Part shown: in pieces, positions 10,773 through 20,738 of the stretch
How positions within the stretch are numbered: position 1 is the stretch's first letter
Layout of the letters: each line of letters starts with the position of its first letter
Assembly (NCBI GenBank): GCA_030584005.1
Contig: CP129486.1
Coordinates: 435,556-499,555 of the forward strand
From: Bdellovibrionota bacterium
GTDB lineage: Bacteria; Bdellovibrionota_C; UBA2361; JAFLCA01
Direction of reading: 5' to 3'
DNA: 64,000 nt
The notes under the pieces: model-generated
Databases searched by the model: none
Told to the model about the DNA's origin: nothing
Seen by the model: only the letters and a program-made list of their open reading frames with translations
Program-made: the position numbers and the translations under genes

Positions 10773-11546
10773 TTAATTTGTACCAGTTCTAATTAGAGAT
10801 TTCTCCTTTTGTTGATGTTTAAGCTTTCGAGCCAGGAGAGCTGGAGGCAGACCGACTACTCCATGGGGTCTCTCGAAATTGTATTCATGTTTCCATCGTG
10901 TCACCTTTCGTTGCGCATCTGAGATGGAGGAGAAGATCTCTTCGTTGAGGAGCTCATCTCTGACTCGTCCGTTAAACGCTTCGATGAAGGCATTCTGCTG
11001 CGGCTTTCCTGGTTGAATGGTGATGTGGCAGACGCCTCGCTTTGCGCACCAACGCTCAAATTCAGCGCCCTGGAACTCAGGCCCGCCATCGGTTCTGATA
11101 AAGCGCGGAAATCCGCGAAACGTCGCCACTGCATCGAGTCTCTCAACAAGCTTCCACCCAGGGATAGACGTATCAGCATAGAGCTCCAGACACTCCCGGG
11201 AGGCGTCATCGATGAGCGTCAAGAGCCGAAGTGCTCTGCCCGAGGACAAGGCATCACTCATAAAGTCCACTGACCAGCAGTCGTTTACCCATTCGGCAAC
11301 CACCATCTGCGCTCTCTGAACCACCTGCTTCCTGCGCCTCTTTCTCCTTATCTGAAGCTTCTCTTCGCGGTATATCCGTGCCACCCGTTTATGGTTCACC
11401 TGCCACCCAGAGTGCCTTAGCCTTCGGTAAATCATCCGATAGCCAGCTCGCCGGTACTTCTTTGCGAGGAGAATAATCTTCGCCCGAAGCCTCTCGTTCC
11501 TGTCACGCTGCCGCCGGTACCGAAGAAGTGTCCTCGATGCCCCCAC
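10773..11546 (-). CDS. IS3-family transposase OrfB (DDE integrase core)
   Basis: GTG-initiated 257-aa ORF; rve-like core (WSVDFMSD...LIDDASRE...[10 protein letters not shown]...) ; frame open ~100 nt further upstream overlapping orfA end. Confidence 0.85.
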   Translation of the reverse strand: MGASRTLLRYRRQRDRNERLRAKIILLAKKYRRAGYRMIYRRLRHSGWQVNHKRVARIYREEKLQIRRKRRRKQVVQRAQMVVAEWVNDCWSVDFMSDALSSGRALRLLTLIDDASRECLELYADTSIPGWKLVERLDAVATFRGFPRFIRTDGGPEFQGAEFERWCAKRGVCHITIQPGKPQQNAFIEAFNGRVRDELLNEEIFSSISDAQRKVTRWKHEYNFERPHGVVGLPPALLARKLKHQQKEKSLIRTGTN

Positions 11547-11613
11547 CAGTGCCGCTGCCCGACGCTCAGAGAGGTTCTTCTCTTTACGAAGAAACTCAAC
11601 CGCTCGCCTCCGC

Positions 11614-11883
11614 TCATCGGGCGTCGCTGTATTTTTCGAGGAGCGCCTTTAACGCATCAATATCAAGCTCTTTATCAGCTACTATCTTCTTGAGCTTGCG
11701 GTTCTCTTCCTCGAGGCCTCTAAGCTTCCGAAGATCAAGGGCTGTCATCCCCTCGTACCTCTTCCGCCAGTTGTAGTAGGTCGCGTCGCTTATCCCGTAC
11801 CGCCTACATACCACAGCCACTTCTCCCTTCTGCGCCTCAGAAAGAATCCGAACTATCTGCTCTTCACTGTATCGTTTCTTCAT
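11614..11883 (-). CDS. IS3-family transposase OrfA (HTH + leucine zipper)
   Basis: [14 protein letters not shown]...[15 protein letters not shown]; heptad leucines in C-terminal half. Confidence 0.85.
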   Translation of the reverse strand: MKKRYSEEQIVRILSEAQKGEVAVVCRRYGISDATYYNWRKRYEGMTALDLRKLRGLEEENRKLKKIVADKELDIDALKALLEKYSDAR

Positions 11884-11953
11884 GGTTTCTCCTTTTACCA
11901 GAGAAACCTCTACTACAAACTGGTATTAATCTAGGGGCTCACAGCCATGGGAC

Positions 11954-12292
11954 TTGAGCACAGTGGACCGAGAGATGATAGTCCGGGCGTACCGCCTTCT
12001 AGGCAGCGAACTTGCCCGACTCCGGCTCGGGTTTATGCGTATCGAAAAAAACTTTGAAGCGCTGTTCCCCAACGAAGTTTGGGGTGGATGTCACCATATG
12101 GGCACTACCCGTATGAGTAGCTCAGCAGCGACCGGAGTCGTCGATCGTAATTGTAGGGTTCACGGAATGGAAAACCTCTTCATCGCTGGGAGCTCTGTTT
12201 TCTCAACAAGCGGAGCGGCGAACCCTACCCTAACCATTGTTGCCCTCTCAATTCGTCTCGCAGCTCACCTATCGAGTAAGTTATCAAATTGA
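11954..12292 (+). pseudogene. GMC-family oxidoreductase, C-terminal 112-aa remnant abutting IS copy 1
   Basis: GGCHHMGTTRM...RVHGMENLFIAGSSVFSTSGAANPTLTIVAL matches GMC_oxred_C; no N-terminal FAD-binding portion found on either side of the IS. Confidence 0.7.
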
Positions 12293-12663
12293 AAAGATGC
12301 CTTATGTCCTCACGTCGAGAGTTTCTTGGAGACACGCTTCCCACGCTGGCCTTTGCCGCCATCGCAAGCACACTGCCTGGCTGCGCAGGGAATATACCTG
12401 CCGCGCAGTTACAATCAGTGCTCATGCGAATTCAGGGCACAGCTCCTATTGGAAAAGCTTACTTGCAAGCGGTTGCGGACGAAGCGCATATCCCAGTTCT
12501 GGAAGCAGCCTTTCTCTCCACGGATCATCGAAGCGTTCTTACTCACATTCGAGACCTAATAAATCAAGATTACCTAGATGACAGGCTCATAATAGTTGAG
12601 GGTTGGCTTATGTCGAGAACAGAGGCAAGACTTGCTGCGCTGTCCTACCTTTGCTTCTCCTGA
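12289..12663 (+). CDS. Tat-signal small protein, possibly small-subunit partner of the GMC oxidoreductase
   Basis: SRREFLG twin-arginine motif, hydrophobic region, LPGCAG lipobox-like; start overlaps upstream stop. Confidence 0.45.
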   Translation: MKRCLMSSRREFLGDTLPTLAFAAIASTLPGCAGNIPAAQLQSVLMRIQGTAPIGKAYLQAVADEAHIPVLEAAFLSTDHRSVLTHIRDLINQDYLDDRLIIVEGWLMSRTEARLAALSYLCFS

Positions 12664-12689
12664 GGTGAATGTAGCTAGCGTTCCAGCGA

Positions 12690-14663
12690 TCACGTTACAT
12701 CCTGTCCGATCACTCCGGATGACTTTGAGTCCGGGATAGAAGGCGGACCAAGAAATGTCCGGAAGAATTTCCGCAGTTTGTCATTAATCTCGACCGTCGA
12801 CTGGCATATGGAAATTTCAGCCTCCAGTGTCCTCACTTGTGCAAGCATTCGAGTTTGCATTCGCTGCGAGCGAACTTCCAGAATCTTTGGTAAACTGCTC
12901 TGCGCCATAGACTCGTCATCACTGAACAGTTTCTCGTGTAGCCTCTCCCCAGGACGGATGCCGATATACTTAATCTCGATTTCAGGACGATTCGCGACCT
13001 CCAACATACGACGCGCTAGATCAACCAATCGAATCGGCGCACCCATGTCTAGCACAAAAAGGGAACATTGCTTGGAAATGGTTAGAGAATTAAGAACCAA
13101 CGAAACAGCCTCTGGAACGGACATAAAGTATCTCGTCATCTGAGGATCGGTGACTGTAACTGGACCGCCTCTTAGAATTTGCTGTCGAAACGTTGGTACT
13201 ACACTTCCCGTACTTCCAACAACATTACCAAACCGTACAATTGTTGTTTCGGTTTGGATGGTGGTACCGCCGGGTTCGGTTAGCTCTTGGACCAGGGCCT
13301 CTGCAGCTTTTTTCGTAGCTCCAAGGACATTACAGGGCTCAACTGCCTTATCTGAGCTAATCAAAAGGTAGCGTTGAGCACCAGCCCTCTGCGCGGCCGT
13401 CAGGGTATTGATCGTTCCAAGGACATTCACCTTGAAAGCTTCGAAGGGATTCGCCTCTGTCAACGGAACATGCTTCAAAGCCGCAGCATGAATCACTACA
13501 TCCTGGTTGCCTCCAAAGACCCGCTGCAATCCTCCTTCATCACAGACATCGCACAAAGAGTAAGTCGTTGGATAACCAAGCCTCAATGAGTCTAACTCTT
13601 GTTTCAAATTAAAAAGATTCAACTCACAGTTATCGATTAGGAGAAGAGACGAAATATCTAATGGCGCGATCTGTCGGACGATCTCTGACCCGATCGAACC
13701 GCCTGCTCCAGTCACTACGATTTTCTTTCCGCGTAAATACTCAGTTACAGCTGCAACACTTTCAGCATGTTCCATACGCTCGAAAAGCTGTTCCATGGGG
13801 ACATTAACGCGGTCTCCATCTCCCGCGAGAACGAGAGATTGTTGAAATGCTATTTGGTCAAGCGAGTCGATTCGGATCAGACTTCTTCCGAGCTCCTTGC
13901 ATACGCGTTGAATCTCAAACATCCGATCAAGCCCCATGGTGGGAATGGCGACGATTACGGCCTTGGCTGTTGGGTCCGATCGAAGCAACTCCGGGAGCAA
14001 GTCAAAGCCTCCCAGGACTGGGATTGTGTGAACGAGCGTCCCGTGTAGTTGCGGATTAGTGTCAAGAACAGCGATTGGAAAAAATCTTGAACTGGTCTGC
14101 GAGCGCAACATGCGGACTAGCGAGCGGCCCGTTGACCCTGCACCCAAAACGACCGCTCGATGAATTGACCCATATTCCTTGGGCTTAACCTTTGGAGTTC
14201 GTTCAAACAGTCGACGCGCTGTCAACCGAAAGCCGCCCGCGATAGCCAAGGAGAGCAACAGCTCGATCAATACTACCGAGCGCGGGAACCCCTCTATGCG
14301 CAAAAAAAGAGCAACTCCAGGGAAGAATAGGCTACTCCAAAAGTGTGCTTTGCATAACGAGAGCGCATCATCTGCTGAGAAGTATCGCCAAGGAAGCCTA
14401 GGAATTCGGAAGTACAGATAAAAGAGGGCGCGCAGTGCAAGTAACCCGAGAATCCCTCGAAGTAAATCGAGTTCTGCGGGGAACTGAGAGAAGTTAAACT
14501 CAAGCCTCAACCCTATCGCTAGTAGGTAGCTTATAGCGGTGAGCGGGATCAGCAAGACCAGTTCGCGCAGATAGGCAACCTTGCGACTTTTAAAGGATCG
14601 TTTGAGCGCTAGTACCTCTCGCTTAAACCAACCTATGATTTTGTTAAATAGCACCGCGATCAT
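12690..14663 (-). CDS. CapD/WbpM/PglF-like membrane-anchored nucleotide-sugar 4,6-dehydratase/epimerase
   Basis: 657 aa; N-terminal TM segments, two Rossmann regions incl. VTGAGGSIGSEIVRQI; typical Polysacc_synt_2 architecture. Confidence 0.8.
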   Translation of the reverse strand: MIAVLFNKIIGWFKREVLALKRSFKSRKVAYLRELVLLIPLTAISYLLAIGLRLEFNFSQFPAELDLLRGILGLLALRALFYLYFRIPRLPWRYFSADDALSLCKAHFWSSLFFPGVALFLRIEGFPRSVVLIELLLSLAIAGGFRLTARRLFERTPKVKPKEYGSIHRAVVLGAGSTGRSLVRMLRSQTSSRFFPIAVLDTNPQLHGTLVHTIPVLGGFDLLPELLRSDPTAKAVIVAIPTMGLDRMFEIQRVCKELGRSLIRIDSLDQIAFQQSLVLAGDGDRVNVPMEQLFERMEHAESVAAVTEYLRGKKIVVTGAGGSIGSEIVRQIAPLDISSLLLIDNCELNLFNLKQELDSLRLGYPTTYSLCDVCDEGGLQRVFGGNQDVVIHAAALKHVPLTEANPFEAFKVNVLGTINTLTAAQRAGAQRYLLISSDKAVEPCNVLGATKKAAEALVQELTEPGGTTIQTETTIVRFGNVVGSTGSVVPTFRQQILRGGPVTVTDPQMTRYFMSVPEAVSLVLNSLTISKQCSLFVLDMGAPIRLVDLARRMLEVANRPEIEIKYIGIRPGERLHEKLFSDDESMAQSSLPKILEVRSQRMQTRMLAQVRTLEAEISICQSTVEINDKLRKFFRTFLGPPSIPDSKSSGVIGQDVT

Positions 14664-14800
14664 TGAGTTCGAGTATATTGGTTAAACTATCGGGGTGAAA
14701 CTAGTAACCTCGTCACCTATGGATTCTTCTGGCAAATAGCTCTATCCTGGACTCCAAAGCGAGCATGATTTCTAACACACCTCTCTACTTGATTTAGAAG

Positions 14801-15694
14801 ATGGCGTCCAAAGTCAGAAAAGCCGTAATCCCCGCTGCTGGTCTCGGCACTCGGTTCTTGCCCGCGACTAAGGCCGTGCCTAAGGAGCTGCTCCCGATTG
14901 TCGATACCCCGACCATTCAGTATATCGTCGAGGAGTGCGCCGGCTCAGGTATTGATACAGTTGTGTTGGTAACTGCCAAGGGTAAGTCACGAATCGTTGA
15001 TCACTTCGACATCTACCCTGAGCTTGAGGAGAAGCTCGACAAGGAGGGGAAGCCAGAGCTCGCCGAAGCCCTGCGCAGAACCAGCAGCATGGTTCGAATG
15101 GTCATGGTTCGACAGGGCACCCCGAGAGGTCTTGGCCACGCCGTACTATGCGCCAAGGAAATTGTGGGTGACGAACCATTTGCCGTGCTGCTCGGTGATG
15201 ATCTCGTAGATGCGAAGACACCATGCCTCAAGCAAATGATCGATGTGTACGAGCGGCACAGAAAGTCGGTCGTCGCGCTTATGGAAGTTGACGAGAGTGA
15301 CGTGAGCAAATTCGGCATTTGCGGCGGTCAAGAGATAGAACCAAGAGTTTTCAATCTGGATGCAATGGTCGAGAAGCCCAAGCTGGAGCAGGCGCCTTCC
15401 CGAACGGCAATTGTCGGACGATATATCCTATCCCCAGCAATTTTCAGGATTCTCGAGAACCAAGCTCCCGGAAAGGGTGGTGAGATTCAGCTCACCGACG
15501 CCATGGCAACATTGATGAGGCAGGAAGGGTTTATAGGTTATCAATTCGAGGGCGATCGCTACGACGCCGGTGACAAATTTGGCTTCTTACAAGCAAATTT
15601 GGCATATGGCTTAAAGCGTCCCGATATCGCGCCTAAATTAATCGATTACATGAAGTCCGTGCTGACACAGCGGGGAGTCATCCGCAATGGCTGA
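14801..15694 (+). CDS. galU: UTP--glucose-1-phosphate uridylyltransferase
   Basis: KAVIPAAGLGTRFLPATKAVPKELLPIVD N-terminal signature. Confidence 0.9.
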   Translation: MASKVRKAVIPAAGLGTRFLPATKAVPKELLPIVDTPTIQYIVEECAGSGIDTVVLVTAKGKSRIVDHFDIYPELEEKLDKEGKPELAEALRRTSSMVRMVMVRQGTPRGLGHAVLCAKEIVGDEPFAVLLGDDLVDAKTPCLKQMIDVYERHRKSVVALMEVDESDVSKFGICGGQEIEPRVFNLDAMVEKPKLEQAPSRTAIVGRYILSPAIFRILENQAPGKGGEIQLTDAMATLMRQEGFIGYQFEGDRYDAGDKFGFLQANLAYGLKRPDIAPKLIDYMKSVLTQRGVIRNG

Positions 15695-15962
15695 TGCGCC
15701 GATATTGAAATGGGTTCCCTACTGGGTCCGAAATTACGGGCAACCCGGGGTCGGTGAACAGCGCGCAGTCCAGGACTTCGTAGATTGCGAAACGATGGAG
15801 GCATGGCGCGGGTTCGAATCCGAGCTCATGGCCATTGCGAGCGGAAGCGTTCCAGAGAAAACCTTGGATGGCCTGGTCGGCGTAGCCAGAAGAGTCAAGT
15901 TTAACTCTTATGAGGAGTGGGCCAAAATGATGGTCGCGTGGCTCGCGAGCTCACGACGGTAG
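15687..15962 (+). CDS. hypothetical protein (91 aa), start overlaps galU stop
   Basis: overlap of 8 nt with galU suggests translational coupling; no recognisable family. Confidence 0.4.
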   Translation: MADAPILKWVPYWVRNYGQPGVGEQRAVQDFVDCETMEAWRGFESELMAIASGSVPEKTLDGLVGVARRVKFNSYEEWAKMMVAWLASSRR

Positions 15963-16512
15963 GTCCGCGCGCACTGCACGCTCTGCCCGATAGCGCCGGC
16001 GACAATCACCCAGCGGCCCGCTTTCCAGGGGACTCAGAATGAACCCAACAGTATAATATCAAAGTTAACGCCCCTACATAAAAGAAGCTCTGGGAGTACG
16101 TAAGGCTTGTAGACAGGACAGTAGAAACGCTCATGATAAGGAAGCTCATAAATGACCGTAGCTTTTCCCCGTCACTCGACCCCAGTAGGGGACCAACAGC
16201 AAAACAGTAAAGAGGTAATCCAACTATTAAGTCAGTCGGCCACGCATGCGGCACAAATAATACTTCTACAACCGTCGAACCTCTCCATCCATAGAACAGA
16301 TCGCGAAGCGGATTACTAACCTACACCGACTGAAACGTAATTACTGAGATGCGCCGCCAAAGATGGAGACAATACTCCAACATACGCCATTGGTTGAGCG
16401 GGCGCCTGTCAGGACTGATATTACTAAGAATAGTACGGGCGCTGACACCAGGAATCGTGTCTAGCCAATAACGATTGCCTGTACAGCTGGTCTTTGTAAG
16501 CCAAGGGGCTAG

Positions 16513-17316
16513 CTATACCTTCTGCCCCTGCTTCGCCAGGAACTCATCATGATTCTTTGAAACTATGTTGAAGGCCTCCTCAGGTCCGCTGGCAATTGTT
16601 ACGCAATCGAAGTCCTTGGCGCTGACGAGCCCGCGCTTGAGCGGGTACTCCTTCATCCAGTGAATAACCCCCTCCCAGAACTCCTTGTCCATCAGCACAA
16701 TAGGACGGGGAGAAATATGCTTTACCTGGATCAGCTGCCAGGTGAAAAAGAGCTCCAAGACGGTACCGATGCCCCCTGGGGTAACTACCACCGAGTGCGA
16801 AAGCCGCATGAAGTCATCCAGTCGCGAGGAAAATTTGTGATGATGCCGCTTCACGTCCAGGTGCTGATTGGGCGTCGGTTCGAACTCCAGCTGGATGGAG
16901 ATGCCATAGGATAAACTTTTGGATTTCTTTTCATCGACCCCAAGCTTGGCACCCTTGTTGGCCGCCTCCATAAGACCCGGACCGCCGCCGGTGAGAATAT
17001 CGATGCCGCGCCACGAAAGCATCCGCGCCAACGTAAAGACATCCTGATATTCCTTTGTGTCCGGCTTAATGCGGGCACTGCCGAAAATGCAGGTGCGGTA
17101 AAACCGGTTCTCGTCGAGACTATGCAGCTCTCGCTCAATTAACATCACCCGCTGATAGAGGAGGCGCAGCCTCTCATCAAGATGCTTGCGCCGCTGGCCA
17201 CGCGAGACCTTGGCAATCTTCGGACGCTTTACTGACTCGCTCTCCGGAACCGCTACTTCCACATGCTTGATGCTTTTGCCCACTGGACTACGAGGGGTTT
17301 TTGACTTCATTTTCAT
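16513..17316 (-). CDS. LOG-family protein (cytokinin riboside 5-prime-monophosphate phosphoribohydrolase-like) with ~80-aa basic N-terminal extension
   Basis: TGGGPGLMEAANKGA and PGGIGTVLELFFTWQL motifs; lysine/arginine-rich N-terminus. Confidence 0.8.
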   Translation of the reverse strand: MKMKSKTPRSPVGKSIKHVEVAVPESESVKRPKIAKVSRGQRRKHLDERLRLLYQRVMLIERELHSLDENRFYRTCIFGSARIKPDTKEYQDVFTLARMLSWRGIDILTGGGPGLMEAANKGAKLGVDEKKSKSLSYGISIQLEFEPTPNQHLDVKRHHHKFSSRLDDFMRLSHSVVVTPGGIGTVLELFFTWQLIQVKHISPRPIVLMDKEFWEGVIHWMKEYPLKRGLVSAKDFDCVTIASGPEEAFNIVSKNHDEFLAKQGQKV

Positions 17317-17369
17317 GATGCGAGCTTACAACGAACTAGCGAAAAAGAGTATCACAGCAAAACATGATG

Positions 17370-17804
17370 CTACCCAGCAATCTTAAGTCGCGGGGGCGCT
17401 GGGATAGTGTCCTGCTCGACCTTGTGGTGATCGTTGGAGGCTGCCGCGACCTCCTGCCGGGAAGAAACCAACTGCTCCCTGATCAGCGATGTCCAACTCT
17501 CCCAACCCGAGAGCTCCGAGCGCTCCGACACCACCTGAGCTAACTCTGCTTCAGAGTCCCCCGGATGGGCGTCGCAGATAGTCTGTAGTGAGGCCTCTAC
17601 AAATCGAATGGCCTTGAGCACATCCGTGAAATGCTCGGGCATAATAGGGGGGGTCGGCGCACGTCGAGTACGCGCTTGAGCCCTTTCAAGCGCCTTACGC
17701 AACTCCGATGCCGCTTGCTCAAGTTCGCACAGCTCCTGTTGGCGCAGATGCGTGTTGTGAAGTCGTGGATTGTGATGCGGGTGGAAGAAGCGGTAAATAT
17801 CCAT
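17370..17804 (-). CDS. hypothetical protein (144 aa)
   Basis: ORF only; helical, charged composition. Confidence 0.35.
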   Translation of the reverse strand: MDIYRFFHPHHNPRLHNTHLRQQELCELEQAASELRKALERAQARTRRAPTPPIMPEHFTDVLKAIRFVEASLQTICDAHPGDSEAELAQVVSERSELSGWESWTSLIREQLVSSRQEVAAASNDHHKVEQDTIPAPPRLKIAG

Positions 17805-17934
17805 TCAGGGCACACCCATACAGCCTTAAGCTATACATGGGGCCCTATCATTCGCTCAAGGGGGAATCTTTACCCGAGTCCCGGGTCAGTATTCCACTCG
17901 GCTTCTTCAGTTTGATCAAGATTCCGGCCAGGCT

Positions 17935-18279
17935 ATGACAACCGCAATTTACGTAATTTGGTTTAGCTTACCCGCCCTCCTGTTCCTCATGGCTCTCTGG
18001 GCCTGGCTCGAAAAACTGAGTGACAAGCATAAGAAGACCCGCCCGGGTGAGCTCTTTAAGCAGGGGGTATTTGTGCTGGTTTGTGCCGGTATCGCTGTGC
18101 TCATCGATAAATACCTACTGGTCGAGGTCGCGGCTGCTATAAACTCGGAGTGGCTACCCCTCACCTTTCTCCAGATCATCCTCCTTCCGATCATCCTGCT
18201 CATTGGGGCTCGCCTATTGGGCCCCTCCGAGAAGATCCTCATCGGCAAGGAGACCAATAAACCGGGGGGACGACGTTAG
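17935..18279 (+). CDS. small membrane protein (114 aa, 3 predicted TM)
   Basis: hydrophobic segments; ends exactly where rnhB starts. Confidence 0.4.
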   Translation: MTTAIYVIWFSLPALLFLMALWAWLEKLSDKHKKTRPGELFKQGVFVLVCAGIAVLIDKYLLVEVAAAINSEWLPLTFLQIILLPIILLIGARLLGPSEKILIGKETNKPGGRR

Positions 18280-18869
18280 TGCGAATCGCAGGGGTAGACG
18301 AGGTTGGAAGAGGCCCCCTTGCTGGTCCCGTGTGCGCCGCGGCCGTGGTACTACCCCCAGGGTACCAAAACTCGTCCATACAGGACTCCAAGAAGCTCAC
18401 TCCCCGCCAAAGAGAGGCTCTGGTGCCAGAGATAAAGCGGATCGCGCTCTCTTGGGCTATCGTCTCCGTTGGTCACCACAGGATCGAATCGCTCAATATT
18501 CGTGAGGCCTCCAGAGTTGCCATGAGCCTAGCTGTGAAGCGGGTCCAGGCCGATTTGGTGCTAGTCGACGGTAATGTTCCAATAGAGGTGCCCATCCCTC
18601 AACGAACCATAGTAGGTGGGGACGCCTCTGTAATTCAGATTAGCGCGGCATCTATCCTTGCCAAGGTTTGGCGTGACCACCTCATGGCAGTCCTGGACGG
18701 TCGATACCCGCAGTATGGCTTCAAGCAGCATGCCGGGTATCCAACAAGCAGTCATCGAGCCGCCATAAGGCTCTACGGACCTTGTAATGTGCACAGAAGA
18801 ACATTTCGAGGCGTCGTCGAGTACCTTGGACTTGCCAGTGCCCCTAATGGGGCCAGCCCGGCCTCTTAG
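18279..18869 (+). CDS. rnhB: ribonuclease HII
   Basis: MRIAGVDEVGRGPLAGPV N-terminal catalytic motif. Confidence 0.9.
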   Translation: MRIAGVDEVGRGPLAGPVCAAAVVLPPGYQNSSIQDSKKLTPRQREALVPEIKRIALSWAIVSVGHHRIESLNIREASRVAMSLAVKRVQADLVLVDGNVPIEVPIPQRTIVGGDASVIQISAASILAKVWRDHLMAVLDGRYPQYGFKQHAGYPTSSHRAAIRLYGPCNVHRRTFRGVVEYLGLASAPNGASPAS

Positions 18870-18938
18870 GCGCTATTTTTTTGAGTAGCTCCTCTAGGGA
18901 AACACCCCCGATGCATCTCCGATAACAAGGATGCCCCC

Positions 18939-19412
18939 GTGTTCTGCCGCACGGCAGGAAACGAGACCCCGGCTATGCTTTCACGGATCCTTTCATCAGC
19001 GCTGCGTCCACGGGCCTTTGTTCGAGCTCTGCGAAGAAGGATACTTGGAGCTCGCGGGGAAAGCTGTGCGTGTGCATACTTGAGGAGGCGCGGATTCCTG
19101 ATCCTGGCCATGAACTGGCGGTGGCGGCGGGGTGAAATTGATATCGTGGCGGGAATTGGCCATCACCTCGTCGCTGTTGAGGTGAAAACGCGGCGGAGGC
19201 TCTGGAATCTGACCACTCAAGAGCTTGTGCGGGAGAGCCAACAGAGAGGCATGAGACACCTTCTAAAGGCCTACCGGAGTCAGCACTCAGCCCTGGTGAG
19301 ACGATTGCTTCTCTGGCACGACAGAGCTGATTTAATCATCATACGGCCCACGACGAACTTGGGTACCGCGTGGCTAAAAGTTACTCATCATCACGAGCAC
19401 TTTTTCTTTTAA
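18939..19412 (+). CDS. yraN: YraN-family (UPF0102) endonuclease-like protein
   Basis: AYLRRRGFLILAMNWR..GEIDIVA....LVAVEVKTRR matches YraN core; conserved rnhB-yraN adjacency; real start probably downstream of 18939. Confidence 0.7.
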   Translation: MFCRTAGNETPAMLSRILSSALRPRAFVRALRRRILGARGESCACAYLRRRGFLILAMNWRWRRGEIDIVAGIGHHLVAVEVKTRRRLWNLTTQELVRESQQRGMRHLLKAYRSQHSALVRRLLLWHDRADLIIIRPTTNLGTAWLKVTHHHEHFFF

Positions 19413-19428
19413 GGCCCAGAGCCAGAAC

Positions 19429-20694
19429 TTACTCCGGAAATGGCTTCACAAGGCGAATAAGCGTCTCTACAGCGGAAACCATCGAGGAAAGGGCGATCCA
19501 TTCTCGCCTTGAGTGAAACAATACCCCCCCTGCAAACAGATTGGGCGTTGGATGCCCGGCCGCGCTAAGCAGGCTGCCATCAGTGCCTCCCCGTATCGGC
19601 ACTTCCTGTAGAGTAAGCCCTGCCCTGCGGATGGCAAACCTCGCACGTTCTACTACCTCAGGGGCCTTATCGAGCACTCCCTTCATGTTCTCATACTGCT
19701 GGCGCGCCTTCATGGTGAGCTTGGCTCCGGGCACACTTTCTTGGAGAAACTGACAGGCCCGATCAAATGCCCTAATCCTCTCCAAGTTCTTCTCTCTTGC
19801 GAAATCACGCAAAATAAAGCTCAAGGTGGCTCGCTCATGATCCCCTTGAATCCCCGTGAGGTGCCAGAACCCTTCACGACCATCGCTGCGCTCGGGGGTA
19901 TCTCCTTGGGGTAGCATGCTCACCAGTCTAGATGCGAGGACCGCTGCATTTATCATCCTTCCTTTGGCATACCCCGGATGCACGCCGACCCCTTCAATCT
20001 GTATGTCGACCGCGTGAGCATCAAAGCACTCCACCTCTAGCGAACCAGGGAGCCCTCCATCAACCGTGTAGCAAGCACGCGGCAACCGAGAAAGGTCGAG
20101 CCCCAATATGCCCCTTCCGATCTCCTCATCATGGGTGAAGCATACTACCAAGTCGGTATGGGGCAGCTTCTTAAACTCAATCAGCGCTGCCACCAGGCTC
20201 ATAATCTCCGCCACACCCGCCTTGTCATCTGCTCCCAGGAGCGTACGTCCCGATGCAGTAATAATCGAGTCACCGATGAACGCGTACAGCTCTGGACAGG
20301 TTTCCTTGGTCAGCCGCAGCTCCGCATCTTCAGGAAACAGGATAGCACTGCCATCCCAGTCCCGGTGCACCTGAGGCTTCACTCCATCACCGGGCTGATC
20401 GGGCGACGTATCAACATGCGCCAATAACCCAATCGCCTCGCCCCGGCTACGCCCTGCCAGACGGGCATATAAATATCCGTACTGGTCTCGAAACACATCG
20501 GTAAGCCCCATACCCTTGAGCTCTCTTTCGAGCTGCTCGACCAGCTCGAGTTGGCATGCTGAGGAGGGATTCGAGGAGGAATTCGGATCCGAAGTGGTAT
20601 GAATCTGAACATACTCCAGGAATCTGCGCTCTACATCCGCAGCGATAAAGGAGCGCAGTTCCGCTGGCAGATCAGATCTCGATAGGCTGCTCAT
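19429..20694 (-). CDS. pepT: peptidase T (M20B tripeptide aminopeptidase)
   Basis: 421 aa; HVDTSPD and downstream M20 blocks. Confidence 0.8.
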   Translation of the reverse strand: MSSLSRSDLPAELRSFIAADVERRFLEYVQIHTTSDPNSSSNPSSACQLELVEQLERELKGMGLTDVFRDQYGYLYARLAGRSRGEAIGLLAHVDTSPDQPGDGVKPQVHRDWDGSAILFPEDAELRLTKETCPELYAFIGDSIITASGRTLLGADDKAGVAEIMSLVAALIEFKKLPHTDLVVCFTHDEEIGRGILGLDLSRLPRACYTVDGGLPGSLEVECFDAHAVDIQIEGVGVHPGYAKGRMINAAVLASRLVSMLPQGDTPERSDGREGFWHLTGIQGDHERATLSFILRDFAREKNLERIRAFDRACQFLQESVPGAKLTMKARQQYENMKGVLDKAPEVVERARFAIRRAGLTLQEVPIRGGTDGSLLSAAGHPTPNLFAGGVLFHSRREWIALSSMVSAVETLIRLVKPFPE

Positions 20695-20738
20695 AGGGAA
20701 ACCTCAATAGTTAGCTGCACCGTTACAGTGCACCAAGT

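Larger units (their letters stand above)
10760..11943 (-). mobile_element. IS3-family insertion sequence, copy 1 (1184 bp, termini TGT...ACA)
   Basis: near-identical to 23608..24791 in opposite orientation; encodes OrfA and OrfB. Confidence 0.85.

Noticed and set aside
15805-15835. GCGGGTTCGAATCCGAGC motif resembling a tRNA T-arm
   Set aside because: Flanking sequence cannot form T-stem or acceptor stem and it lies inside a coding ORF (15687..15962).
15963-16512. 550-bp lower-GC intergenic region with an 82-aa minus-strand ORF (16006..16254)
   Set aside because: ORF is hydrophobic and low-complexity without a start context; no RNA structure recognised. Left unannotated.
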